Source: Phoronis australis
Taxonomy: Eukaryota > Animalia > Phoronida
Direction: 5' to 3'
DNA length: 64,000 nucleotides
Assembly (NCBI GenBank): GCA_002633005.1
Contig: NMRA01000232.1
Span: forward strand, 151,181 to 215,180
Shown: positions 54,301 through 64,000 of the stretch, piece by piece
Layout: every line of letters begins with the position of its first letter
Position numbering within the stretch: the first letter of the stretch is position 1
The notes under the pieces: model-generated
The model's database searches: none
The model's input: only the letters and a program-made list of their open reading frames with translations
What the model was told of the DNA's origin: nothing
Translations under genes and position numbers: made by a program

Positions 54301-57300
54301 TAATGGTATTTTGATCATTGAACTAATAAAAATTCTCCTGCGCAAGTCAAATCAGTCTACCCTGTCAAGAGTGCAGGCAGTGATATATCACTAGGACATT
54401 CATGATCCCCAAACCTCACAACACAAGAAGCTGGGCATAAACGTTTTGTGCTACTTTACTCCCAACTGGGGATATGAATCATTCAGTTACCAGATACACA
54501 ATGGATTCTACCAATGTATCAACTGATGAAGAACCAGAAAAATTAACTTTGAATCCGTAAAAATCAAATGGTTACAGTAATATCTCACCTATCACCAGAA
54601 TTTTGAGTGACGGTTTAACTGACCAATCAGAATGCAACATTCTTGAAACACCTTTGTTTCTATGCTGCCATAAAACTTATGGTTTGTCGACTTTTCGCAA
54701 GGGGACGGAGCTTGTGATAGGTCAATTGCCTGCCGAAAATGGCACTTTCTGCATTTTTCAAAGGCTTCAAATATTGTTATGTATGATCACAATTTTTCAA
54801 AATATTGTCTGTTGGTAGCTATGGTAACAGACTTGAAGATGGCAAAGCATCAACTTGGTACTTTCATTCATGAAAAAATGAAAAAAGTACCTGTCGGCCA
54901 TATTGTGTCCTAAATTGGTGAGATTTTAGAAAACTGAACTGTTCAACTTAAGATCAGCAGATGTGCATCATCAAAACTGCTTTATTATTATTATTTTTAT
55001 CATCATCATTATTACCAATTGTTATTGTTATTATTAATATTCAGATTATTTACACATAAAGAGTTTACTCATTTAAAACGACCTAAGAACTGTTACACTT
55101 TAAAAAACAAAGAACCGACAGCTGAATACAATATTAAAGTTGGAAAACTAATACTCAATACAATAATAGTTAACAAACAAAAACAAAATTTCCACATTTT
55201 GAAATTACAAGATCAAGGGTAAGAGTGTTCTCTAAAAATGCTAAGACAAGTAAGTCACAGTGGGAACTGCAACTTTTTACAACACAGATGTGCAGATTTT
55301 TCACTTGAGCAAGCTTAAAAATCTCTGAGTTTTTGATGAGTACATAAGTGAATTTTTAATATAATAAAAATATAACAATAACTCTTGATGCAAAATATGA
55401 CAGCGGCAAAAATTATAAGAATATTTTTCAAAGTAAATTTTTTTGAATTTTAGTTACAGTTAGTTGCAAAAAAGGTAGGTTGGGATTACTGTACATCAAA
55501 TTTCCATATCCACAATTTGCAAGTCAGGATGGTCTGCGACTGTGTCCCGGCATGCTTGTCTGGAACAGCATCCAATCAGACTCTACTAAATTTAAAAACT
55601 GAAGGACGGACAAGATTAACACTTCCTGTACACTTACCGCATACAGGTGAGAAGATCGTACGACTCAATCAGGCTGTGTGTTAAACCGGCCTGCAATAAA
55701 TCGGAATAAGTAAAATGCATTGCAGATAAAGAAATTCAAGGAAAACGTCCTTTAAGACATCTGCTTTAATCCTATGAATTTGCTTTCCATTCCTAATTCC
55801 AAGGTGATTATACTTATAATTTTCTCGTATGAAAGGTTAAAAAAGTTCAAATCAGGCAAAAAATCTTGTTGTAAAATATTAAAAGCTTATTTTACTGGTA
55901 TATGAACAATACTTTACAAACAGAAGTTCTGGGTAACAGGAGACCAGTGGAAACAATGAACTTGAATCTTGAGATATTTGAGTACTAGTGTTTCAAATTT
56001 TAGAACTCATTGACACAGACAGTAGTATTTCAGTCAAATCCTACTGACCCTAGCCCGACATGGACATTGGTGCATTTAGCCAAAGTGAACTCTAGGAATC
56101 ATTTAAAATGTCATTAAAGTCCAGACAAAAATAAAGAGACTCTTTCACTGACACTGATCATGCTATCCATCAGTGACATGTCAAAGTATTTCATTGCTTC
56201 ACGCGACACCTTTTGATGAATAAGATAACTAGCACACCAGGATCATTTCACAAGACCCTTATGACAACCATAATTGCGAGCTTAAAAACGAATAATACGT
56301 AATCACTACACAAATAAGAATTTGATTGACACATAAGAGTATTTTGAAAGAATTGGTTGCAACCGTACATCATACACACATAATGGAATTATTTACAGAA
56401 AAGTGCTTACAACAACAATAAAAAACATGAAGTTGAAAACTAGGTCAAGAAACAATGGAAACGATGTCTGGAAAGGACCCAGAGTCAACTCAAGGAGATT
56501 CAAGGTTAGTTTTGCGACAAATGCAATCTCAAAAACCGTTGGAATTTATTCAAATATTAGACAATTAGAAGGTGGGAGGGATAACTCTTCATGATAGTAG
56601 CCAATCACCAATAAAATTAATTAGCCGGTTATAATGTTGATTTCGAAACATGCTCAGACAGTGAACTGGGCGAGGGTAGAATTCAGTTAACGCCAGGACC
56701 TCGTTTAAAAGCAAGACTTCAACAGCCGATTTCATAAAGGTGGCTTATATCCTGGTCTAATTGTAGACCTAACTTGCATTTCACCAACATGGTTTAAAAG
56801 TCTGAAAGCCATGGTTTTGTTAGACCAGGGAACCGGTTTAGTAAAACCAGGTTTAAAGTATCTATTCTAACTTAAGCCACCCCACTGTGTCGATCTGGAT
56901 TAACCCAACAAAGAAACTATTGAAGTGCTTCAATGTAACCTTGATCACGTGGGTATGCAATGGTACACAGTAGTAGAATCAGTGCAGATATTTGCAAAAA
57001 AGGTCGAAAAGCTAATCATCTAATGTAATGTCTGTGCCCAACACACGTACCCACATGAAAGTACATGCTCACGATTAGCCGCAACATGATAAGTGTCCAA
57101 ATTTATTGCGATGCCATTTCAGTGTTTATGTTTCCTGGCCAAAGGGGGGGGGGGGAGGGNNNNNNNNNNNNNNNNNNNNNNNNNNNNNNNNNNNNNNNNN
57201 NNNNNNNNNNNNNNNNNNNNNNNNNNNNNNNNNNNNNNNNNNNNNNNNNNNNNNNGAGTAGCGGACGAGTAATCTATAAAATTACGAAAAGCTGTAATTA

Positions 57301-60300
57301 AGTGGAAAATATGTCTAGGATAACCAATCAACCTTATTTTAGCTCAAAAAGACATGGAAAAAGGTTGCCTTCGCCTTTAAAAAATCCTTGACCAACCCCC
57401 CCACCCCCTAAAAGTTGTGGATCCACCCCTGCTACGTTTGATCTTGTCTCGTCATAAAACTGAATATTGAAAACTTGATACTAATTTACATACAGTTAGT
57501 TGGCTTGCTAAAAATAAAATTAGCCATGGAACTAGATAGCTGTATAAAGACTAGTGTCAAAATACAGCCAGGGAGCGATGCATGACAGGGTGCATGTAAA
57601 ATTTGAGAGACCACTGCAATTCACCTTGCCCTTTACAGGGTTGTATGTGAAAAACAATCTAATAAACGTCATTTTCTAGAACTGTTCTCCAGCTTTTGTA
57701 ACAAAGAAAAATTCGTCATCCATTTGAAAAACATGCTCATGAGACGCGTAATCTTTTCACCTCACCTTTCGGGAGTTGATGACAACTTTACCGAACAAAA
57801 TTTGCTTGGAAATTTGGTTTGCTAATCATAAAATACCAAAAACTTACAAGGGAATGAAACCAAACCTGGCACTTTGTTGTGAACTGTTCACAACTTTGTG
57901 AAAGAACAGTTGTTGAAGTATCAACGAGAAAAGAAATTAGCCAAGAGGTGGAGCTCCATTATATGGTGCTCAAAGGCGATGCACTGCACATCAGCAGTAC
58001 AAGGGTAATTTCTTAGCACTCGTTTCCTATCTGCTTTACTCGAGGAAGAATGTGGTATTGATAAAAAGTATCCCATGGCCTGTTTGCGCATGACACAGCA
58101 GTTCATTCAGTATATTCAAGTGCACTAAAATAAAGATGTCTGATATGTTGCTTGCAAGGTTTTGAATACTCGGTGTGGAACCTTGAACAAGTTTGTCTTA
58201 AAAAGCTTGAATAATATTGGCCAAGCTTGAACAAGGGCAGTACCTTTTTAGTTTAGTTAAGCATGCCTGGATGGATCATTCATGTTCGATGAATTTAATG
58301 TCATTATAGGCTGTTTATGTGCATGGAAATCAGTGACTGCTTTTATTCCATCAACAAATGCATCCTTTATTGCAGCAATGCTGGAGCTGGGATTGCAATA
58401 AAGTCGGAGGAGGACCAGGAGGTCAGAAAGAAAAGAACAAATTACAAGAGCCGACATAAGCAGAGTCAGCAGTCATATCCTAAACCAGAGAAAAAGGTTC
58501 CTGTGAGCCAGAGCGGACGACAGAAAACATGTCGAGCCAGACTTCGAGAAAACCCGGAGAAATATGAGTTAGTCAAAGCAAAGGACAGGGAGAGAAAACG
58601 TTTGGCGAGACAGCGACGATCTGAGAACCAAATTATCAATCCTAGCATGATGGGATTGGCTAAGGAAAGGCAATGTTTGACAAATCAGAGATACAATAGC
58701 AGACGGACTGCACTAAGAGCTAAGAAGGTAGGTCAGCAGGATCAGTTTGTCACTTGATGCATTGTTTTGCAGTCAATGTGCATCACAATGTACACGGTTG
58801 TGCACGCTTAGAACACCCCATTCCACAAGTTCCAGGCCAACTATACCGTATACAAGTTGACTGGCTTGCAGGGTGAGTTGCAACAAAGATTTTAGAAAGG
58901 TCTGGGGTAGTGTTATTGTAATGCCCTTTGGCTTCATGTGCTACGTCATGTTGCATGGCCGACCCACATGCGTTTAGTGTGTGAAACTATGTTTTAATCA
59001 TCAAAAGATGTAACATGTTTGGACATGAGAAGAATTGGATTCTTGTGTTTTTCAATAGAATGCAACATTACAACTATCAAATGACCACAAAACTGTATTC
59101 GCAATCAACAACCACATTTGTCAGCAGGTTTAATGAATTATATTATGTGTGACTCTAGTGTTACTGTTGTCTTTGATTGATGAAACTATGAAGACATTAC
59201 CAGTAAATTCGACTACTCCTTTTTAATGCATCTATTGATATTGTTTACTTCAGCTCCCACAAGCTGACAATGTCTATGCTGGACATGAAACAAAGCCAGG
59301 AAACACTATCGCAGGTACTTGTATGTAAAACTCTGATCTACTTAACTGAAGCCCCATTGAGTGTCGATAGTCACCGTTTTGGTTCATGTTTTAGGGCGGA
59401 GCCATTTGTTTTGCAGTGCTTGGCCTATTAGCATTCCTAAGATCATTGGCTGAACGGAGTTTCGCGATTGCTTGACGTTATTATGGCTGGGTGGGACTTA
59501 AAACATTCTAATTATGCACTTTAGAGCTGCTACAAACTTGCCTATTCCCAAAAATCTTTACTGTGGACCGCTTTTTATTATAAATTTGGTCTCAAAAGGT
59601 CTGGTCAAATAAATTGTGTGGCGAAATACTGAGTGTGATAATACTTACGGTAACGTCTTACAAATTTGGAACATGAATTAGTGTCAAACTTAGTTTTTCA
59701 CTTTTCAAATGCTTGTTGCAAATGCTGACAATTTGTCAAAATTGATGAAAGCTTTTAGTACAGGTCTTAAACATTTATGTATTCATTTGGTGTTCCTTGT
59801 CAAAATGAACAGCAATGTTAGAAGACTTTGAATAATGAAAACGATCGAATTTTGAAAATTCAGTAAACGAGTCTAGCACAAATTTCATTTGTTGCTATTC
59901 GCCTTATCGTAACATCCAAATGAGTTACATCATTCTTATGCATAAAAATGCTTATTAGTTTATTATTAAATCTATACCATAGCTTCCACCAGAAAATGTT
60001 TTGAGAAAATGTGGACATGCATAGGCATATTTGGAAACTTGGTAAAATTTATGGAAACAAAAAATCAATTTGGCAATTATTTTGGCTGAAATTGGTAAGG
60101 TTTTACAATATTGTTGCATGAAATTCATGAGATTTTACTGCTGCAGTCAAACTTTTACAACTTTTTCTGATTGATAATGTTCCCCCGCTTTTCTTAATAG
60201 CAGCAAAAGTAATATTTGAAGTATTTGGAACAAGTTGCTAGTTGAAGCGTGTTACATAAAATGCTTCGTGTCAAAATGAAATTGTAACATTTACTTCCTA

Positions 60301-62243
60301 TAAAATTATCCTCCTTTCTTTTTTGATTTTTATGTAACTTTGATAAAACATAAGAAATTGGCTTAATTTGTCAACATTTGTTGAAAAAGTATATAAAAAA
60401 GTCACAATTGTTTCTATATATGGCTGATTTCTGTGCTTAATTTTTTCAAGACGACTATTATATGGCATGTGAGGGTGAAGAAGCTGGTGGAATAGAAAAT
60501 CCTGAAAATGCAGTCAATGGGAAAGAGTTTCCCAAAGTCATCATGTCTCGAATACCCAGCATACGGAGTTCCCAAAGGAAAACTATGTGCACTACTGTTG
60601 GAAACCATGTAAATGGCGTACTGGAAAACAACGGAAATTCGCCAGAATCTACGCATACGGTTGTAATAGTTTCAGAGCCTGACACAGAAATGAACAACAG
60701 CGGTGCGCAATCCATGTCTTCAAGTGAGGAGAGTACATCTCAGCTACAAAAGGACGTGTTGATTCTCCAGAAGCAGGTACTGTGGGCAAAGTACGAGAAA
60801 ACAATGGTGGAGAAAGCGAAACTCGAAATTGAAAAGGATCTCCGTCAGCACGAGAATGAACTGCTATTCCATCAACGGGCGATAGTGATGCTTCAGAAAG
60901 AGAAGTTAGAACTGGAGCTGCAGGTACTGCGACAACATTGTAGTGAAGAGACTGTTGTTGTGCAGCAACACGTTGTTGCACAGGAAGGTGGCTGCATCAC
61001 AGAGATAGTCTGCTCTGATGTCGAAGAGACGTGAGTGGAAAGTGGTGGAGAATATGGAGGCATTAGCCTGTTAGTGCTGTAAGTGAAGTCAAAGTGTCGA
61101 CAAAGTCTCTTCTTGTAAAACACCAAAACCATGCAGCAAACATTCTCCCCAGGCCTAAATTGGGCTGCCCACCTTCCAATTTTTTATTCTTCTAAACGAC
61201 AGGGCCTAAGTTTGTCACTAGTTGGCTTCTACTTTATTATTTCAACTTTGCTTGTTTTAGCAAATTTTCACAACAAATGACCATTCTGCCACACATTTTT
61301 GGTTTCAAATTTCTCGCCATTAACACCAGAAGTCAAGGCATTCAAAGATATGTGGTTAGTTTTATTTGAAATGAAAACAGGACAAGCATCAGGGACTACC
61401 AACATTTACTCGGGACATGGCTAAGTCACGTTAAAATACAAATTCTTGTGAAGGGTCCTGCATGACTAGTTAATTTTCCAGTCGAGTGTTAAGTACAGTT
61501 TGGTGACCCAGGAACCGGTCAATGGTGAGGTTCCTTGGAAGTGGTAGGTATCGTCTGCTGCTGATGGGTGTACAAGCATAAGAGGACTTGTATTGACAAT
61601 ATGGAGCACTTTACAAGGGATGGATGGACCCTCTCTTCCATCGGTTACTAAGTGTAAATACATTGAGAATAATTTTAAATGAAATGGCCTGCCAAGATTT
61701 TAAGAATAAATATTTTACAAATAGGTTCAAATAACGTTGCATTTTTAATTTTTACTTCTCATCTATTTTTCATTTTCCACTCAACACAAGTAGTCAGATG
61801 GAACAGGCATTCTCTACTCTACTACGAGGTTTGTTGGCATGTGGTCGTAATCCTTTGTGATTGGAGGCCAACAATAAGGCAAACAAATACAGTAATGTTA
61901 TTGACATTTTAAGCAAGCAGGTTATGGTTGTACATAAATTATTTTTGCATCGTGTTTTGTTAGAGAACATGGACACAATGGTCTTTTAAACTGGACAAGT
62001 TATCCTGGCACTTTGCTTATATGAATTTATAAAATTCTATCGAAAATGTTTTTCCAACATGCAGTATTTTAAATCCATCTTGTAATCCAATTGTCTCCAG
62101 GAAAAATTTGTCACAACGAACCCAAAAGAAAGTAATAGTAGAACTGCTACACCCTCACTCACTCTCATTTTGACTTTTCCATATCTGTCACACCATTCTA
62201 TGTAGTCTTTACTGTATATGTAGCTCACTGCTCTTTGTTTACT
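42280..62243 (-). CDS. HDAC8: Histone deacetylase 8 (class I HDAC), spliced gene. Exons: 62163-62243, 55638-55690, 53788-53924, 53050-53191, [exon 5 not found], 49111-49188, 48896-49004, 45712-45884, 45269-45363, 44033-44138, 42280-42308
   Basis: Motifs [93 protein letters not shown] and YGPDYEL. Exon sizes 53, 142, 78, 109, 173, 95 and 106 nt and their phases equal those of human HDAC8. Confidence 0.95.
43870..44000. repeat. 131-bp hairpin / miniature inverted-repeat element
   Basis: ~42-bp arms ttacacaaaacttgttaaagacacgacacttgtcgttgttga and tcaacaacgacaagtgtcgcctctttaacaagttttgtataa with 3 mismatches. Confidence 0.9.
44033..44138 (-). CDS. HDAC8: HDAC8 exon 10
   Basis: [35 protein letters not shown]; 106 nt; ttttag/gtatga. 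Confidence 0.92.
45269..45363 (-). CDS. HDAC8: HDAC8 exon 9
   Basis: [31 protein letters not shown] with the catalytic Tyr; 95 nt; tttgcag/gtgagt. Confidence 0.95.
45712..45884 (-). CDS. HDAC8: HDAC8 exon 8
   Basis: [35 protein letters not shown]...LVLGG; 173 nt; tttcag/gtaagt. Confidence 0.95.
46163..46268. repeat. 15-bp minisatellite, about 7 copies
   Basis: tgtaaacccacctcc repeated. Confidence 0.95.
46766..47742. mobile_element. Foldback-type non-autonomous DNA transposon with long TIRs, 4-bp TTAT target duplication and internal 21-bp minisatellite
   Basis: ttat|ctatgaagtgccaaagggttcttaaccaagtacctttct ... agaaaggtacttgtttaagaaccctttggtgcttcatag|ttat. About 20 copies of aatgcgcacttatattgctta-type units at ~46910-47330. 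Confidence 0.85.
47822..48298. repeat. 20-bp minisatellite, about 24 copies, with an N inside
   Basis: gtgccacatagttgt(a/g)cag(t/g) repeated. Confidence 0.97.
48896..49004 (-). CDS. HDAC8: HDAC8 exon 7
   Basis: [35 protein letters not shown]; 109 nt; ggctag/gtaagt. Confidence 0.95.
49111..49188 (-). CDS. HDAC8: HDAC8 exon 6
   Basis: [25 protein letters not shown]; 78 nt; tcgcag/gtaaac. Confidence 0.95.
49944..50277 (-). mobile_element. 3' part of HINE-like element, near-identical to 62422-62759 and running into an N gap
   Basis: acaagagcaacgcagagcgttgaaatgcgcccaca is the 3' stem-loop plus subTIR. CTCF-like tggccagtagagggca at 50029-50044. Confidence 0.85.
50278..50393. other. Assembly gap, probably hiding HDAC8 exon 5
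   Basis: N run between exons 4 and 6. No DxDxHHGDG-coding exon was found in the flanking sequence. Confidence 0.7.
52617..52758 (-). other. HDAC8: Second identical copy of HDAC8 exon 4 (probable haplotype/overlap artefact)
   Basis: ~52424-52777 repeats ~52857-53210 at offset 433, with two flank substitutions, and ends at a single N (52778). Confidence 0.75.
53050..53191 (-). CDS. HDAC8: HDAC8 exon 4
   Basis: [46 protein letters not shown]; 142 nt; gtttag/gttagt. Confidence 0.95.
53788..53924 (-). CDS. HDAC8: HDAC8 exon 3
   Basis: [45 protein letters not shown]; tttgcag/gtaaaa. Confidence 0.93.
55638..55690 (-). CDS. HDAC8: HDAC8 exon 2
   Basis: [18 protein letters not shown] versus human ASMVHSLIEAYALHKQMR; 53 nt; attgcag/gtaagt. 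Confidence 0.92.
56455..61034 (+). CDS. Uncharacterised ~348-aa basic-helix/coiled-coil protein nested antisense in an HDAC8 intron; exons 56455-56504, 58376-58727, 59254-59314, 60451-61034
   Basis: acaATGg start, GT-AG introns in phases 2, 0 and 1, and a 1047-nt open frame to TGA. Contains [24 protein letters not shown] and [19 protein letters not shown]...[13 protein letters not shown]. The first exon is the least certain. Confidence 0.75.
62163..62243 (-). CDS. HDAC8: HDAC8 exon equivalent to vertebrate exon 1, here an internal exon
   Basis: [27 protein letters not shown] versus human [21 protein letters not shown]. Acceptor ttttcag, donor gtgagt, and no in-frame ATG before an upstream stop. 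Confidence 0.9.
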
Positions 62244-62421
62244 CTGAAAATGATGGGTGCGACATTTTCAGTTCTCAGGAGCAAGTCATTTACACAGTTC
62301 ATCTACAAAAATACTGCACATGATAAAAGGCTAAATAATAAAAACATACCAGTGCATAATTGACTGCTCTCCAAGTCACAAAACTTTAATTTTATGCCCA
62401 TTTTGTAAACCTGAACAAAAC

Positions 62422-62876
62422 AACAAGAGCAACGCAGAGCGTTGAAATGCGCCCACAATTGCACCGTATATACGGTATCCTTCTAGGGTTGTTTATTGGT
62501 ACCATAAAGTGGCCAGTAGAGGGCATATATGTAGTATGTTGTACTTTGCAAAATGGAAAGGCATGGTCATTGTCTCCTCAATAGGCTAGGTTTCAAAATG
62601 TGAGTGATCTTCATAATACAAGCACATCCTATGCATCAGTTGCTTAAAGCACCACAGAAACATAGAAATAAAAACAAATTTACCAACATACGAGATTAGC
62701 ACAGCATTAGAATGCCAGAAACAAATTTCTACTTGGAACTTTTCCTTCATAGTCACGAAGTAACACAAAGTATACACCTGAAGACCTATGAAAATACAGA
62801 GGTCAATGTGAAATANATGGACGGACGGAGATGACGGCATAATGCGTCCACATATAAATATGTGGGCGCATAAAAA
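62422..62876 (-). mobile_element. HINE-like element with both termini; interior collapsed at N 62816
   Basis: Minus strand reads tttttatgcgcccacata-ttta-tatgtggacgcat...ccgtccgtcc at the 5' end and tgtgggcgcat-ttcaacgc-tct-gcgttg-ctcttgtt at the 3' end. CTCF-like motif at 62510-62525. Confidence 0.85.
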
Positions 62877-62990
62877 TTGGGTCTTAAAATTAACCCACAG
62901 CTTGGTCTACATTCAGAAAACTTCCAAAATGAACGCCCATGAGGTTATACCTGTATACGCCTCCTGAAAGTTTCAGTACAGATTGCTTAC

Positions 62991-63262
62991 ATCTTTTATT
63001 TCGCCGTGTTCTTTGTCAACGGACAATGCTGCTGTAGAACTATTGGTGATTGGCTGTTCAAAAACTGTTTCCAGGAAACCGTCCGTTGTCAACACCAAGT
63101 TCTCCTGCTTCACTATGTTTTCTTTATTGTCACTATCATGTCTGACATCACTGTCTGTTAACTTGGGCTTTTTGCTGAGTATGTGTTCAGCAAACGTGTA
63201 AGCGTCATCCAGCAAATTTGGATTCTTTTGTACATCATCCATCATACACCTCCTACTAGTTT
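62991..63262 (-). CDS. Upstream coding exon spliced in frame to HDAC8 (N-terminal extension)
   Basis: Acceptor attttcag, 272-nt open frame (TSRRCMMDDVQKNPNLLDDAYTFAEHILSKKPKL...GEIKD), and phase-0 donor gtaagc matching the phase-0 acceptor at 62243. Confidence 0.7.
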
Positions 63263-63359
63263 CTGAAAATATACAAAGCTTACAGTGAACCTTAGATCAC
63301 TATATTGACCTCAACTTACGAATCATTTTCTGTATAAACTTTTTACTTCGACCACATAC

Positions 63360-63446
63360 TGTTAAAATTACTGGGGTCGCGCATTCTGAGAACCAGTTTC
63401 TCCACTGAATAACAGGCATCAAACTGGTTCTCAAAATCTGGGATCC
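63360..63446 (-). CDS. Possible further upstream coding exon (IPDFENQFDACYSVEKLVLRMRDPSNFN)
   Basis: cttacag acceptor, gtatgt donor, 87 nt, phase 1-1 compatible with the 63262 acceptor. Confidence 0.5.
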
Positions 63447-63631
63447 CTGTAAGTGACTATTGCGAAGCTGCATTCCATTCATGAACAAAGCAAGATCTTG
63501 TAAGTCTTTAACAAGATGTTACCAATGCGTACAAGTGAAGCACTTGGTGATCACGTTTACTTTCACTTGGTAATGTCTTGCACCATTAACAAGACCCACA
63601 TTCAATAAGACTTATGGGTCATTTTATGCAC

Positions 63632-63793
63632 CCAGTGTGGCCTCAAAACAATGAACTGCCAGTTGCTGCCCAGTCAAAAGTGTCACTTCTTCTGAATGCA
63701 AACTTTGTTGAAACACGAATGGACTTTTTGTTTGAAAGCTTAATACAGTCATGCTCGTAGTGTCAAAACAATCTCCTTTCTTCAGGGGTGCAG
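63632..63793 (-). CDS. Possible further upstream coding exon (APLKKGDCFDTTSMTVLSF...LAVHCFEATL)
   Basis: aacatag acceptor, 162-nt open frame in phase 1-1; the donor gtgcat is weak. Confidence 0.35.
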
Positions 63794-64000
63794 CTATGTT
63801 ACAGCAAAAACCAAGATATAACAGGAAAACAAATTAAAAAACTAATTCGACAATTCTGTGAATAGGTCAACCTCGAGACAAAAAATTATATAATTGTGAC
63901 TACACTAACATTTCTGGTCTCATCTGAAAGCCCATTCTCTCTAGTTTCAGGATCCATATTTGGCTGTCCTATAACTTTCAATTTTTTGCCTATATGGACC

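Noticed and set aside
63300-63488. Listed 62-aa ORF frame with donor at 63319 as the upstream exon
   Set aside because: It is phase-compatible but gives only a 57-nt intron. The alternative frame with the 63359 donor looks more protein-like and fits the next exon. Not fully excluded.

Overview
AT-rich, intron-rich, repeat-rich animal (invertebrate-looking) genomic DNA with assembly gaps. The left ~33 kb is mostly decayed mobile DNA: a THAP fragment, a RecQ-like helicase fragment, three LINE remnants, many MITE-like elements and mini/microsatellites, plus one possible isolated minus-strand exon. The right half holds a minus-strand HDAC8 orthologue whose exon boundaries match vertebrate HDAC8. 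Its Zn-binding exon 5 was not found and probably lies in a gap, and exon 4 is duplicated across an N, probably as an assembly artefact. The exon equivalent to vertebrate exon 1 has no start codon and appears to be spliced in frame to extra upstream coding exons. Two plus-strand genes share one architecture (Arg-rich basic helix, linker, C-terminal coiled coil): one is convergent with HDAC8, the other is nested antisense in its large intron. Between the convergent 3' ends lies a Helentron-type non-autonomous element (HINE-like) whose internal ~146-bp repeat carries one co-oriented CTCF-like motif per monomer. Two more copies of that element lie inside the HDAC8 locus. All gene models are read by eye from splice signals and frame continuity; no searches were run.
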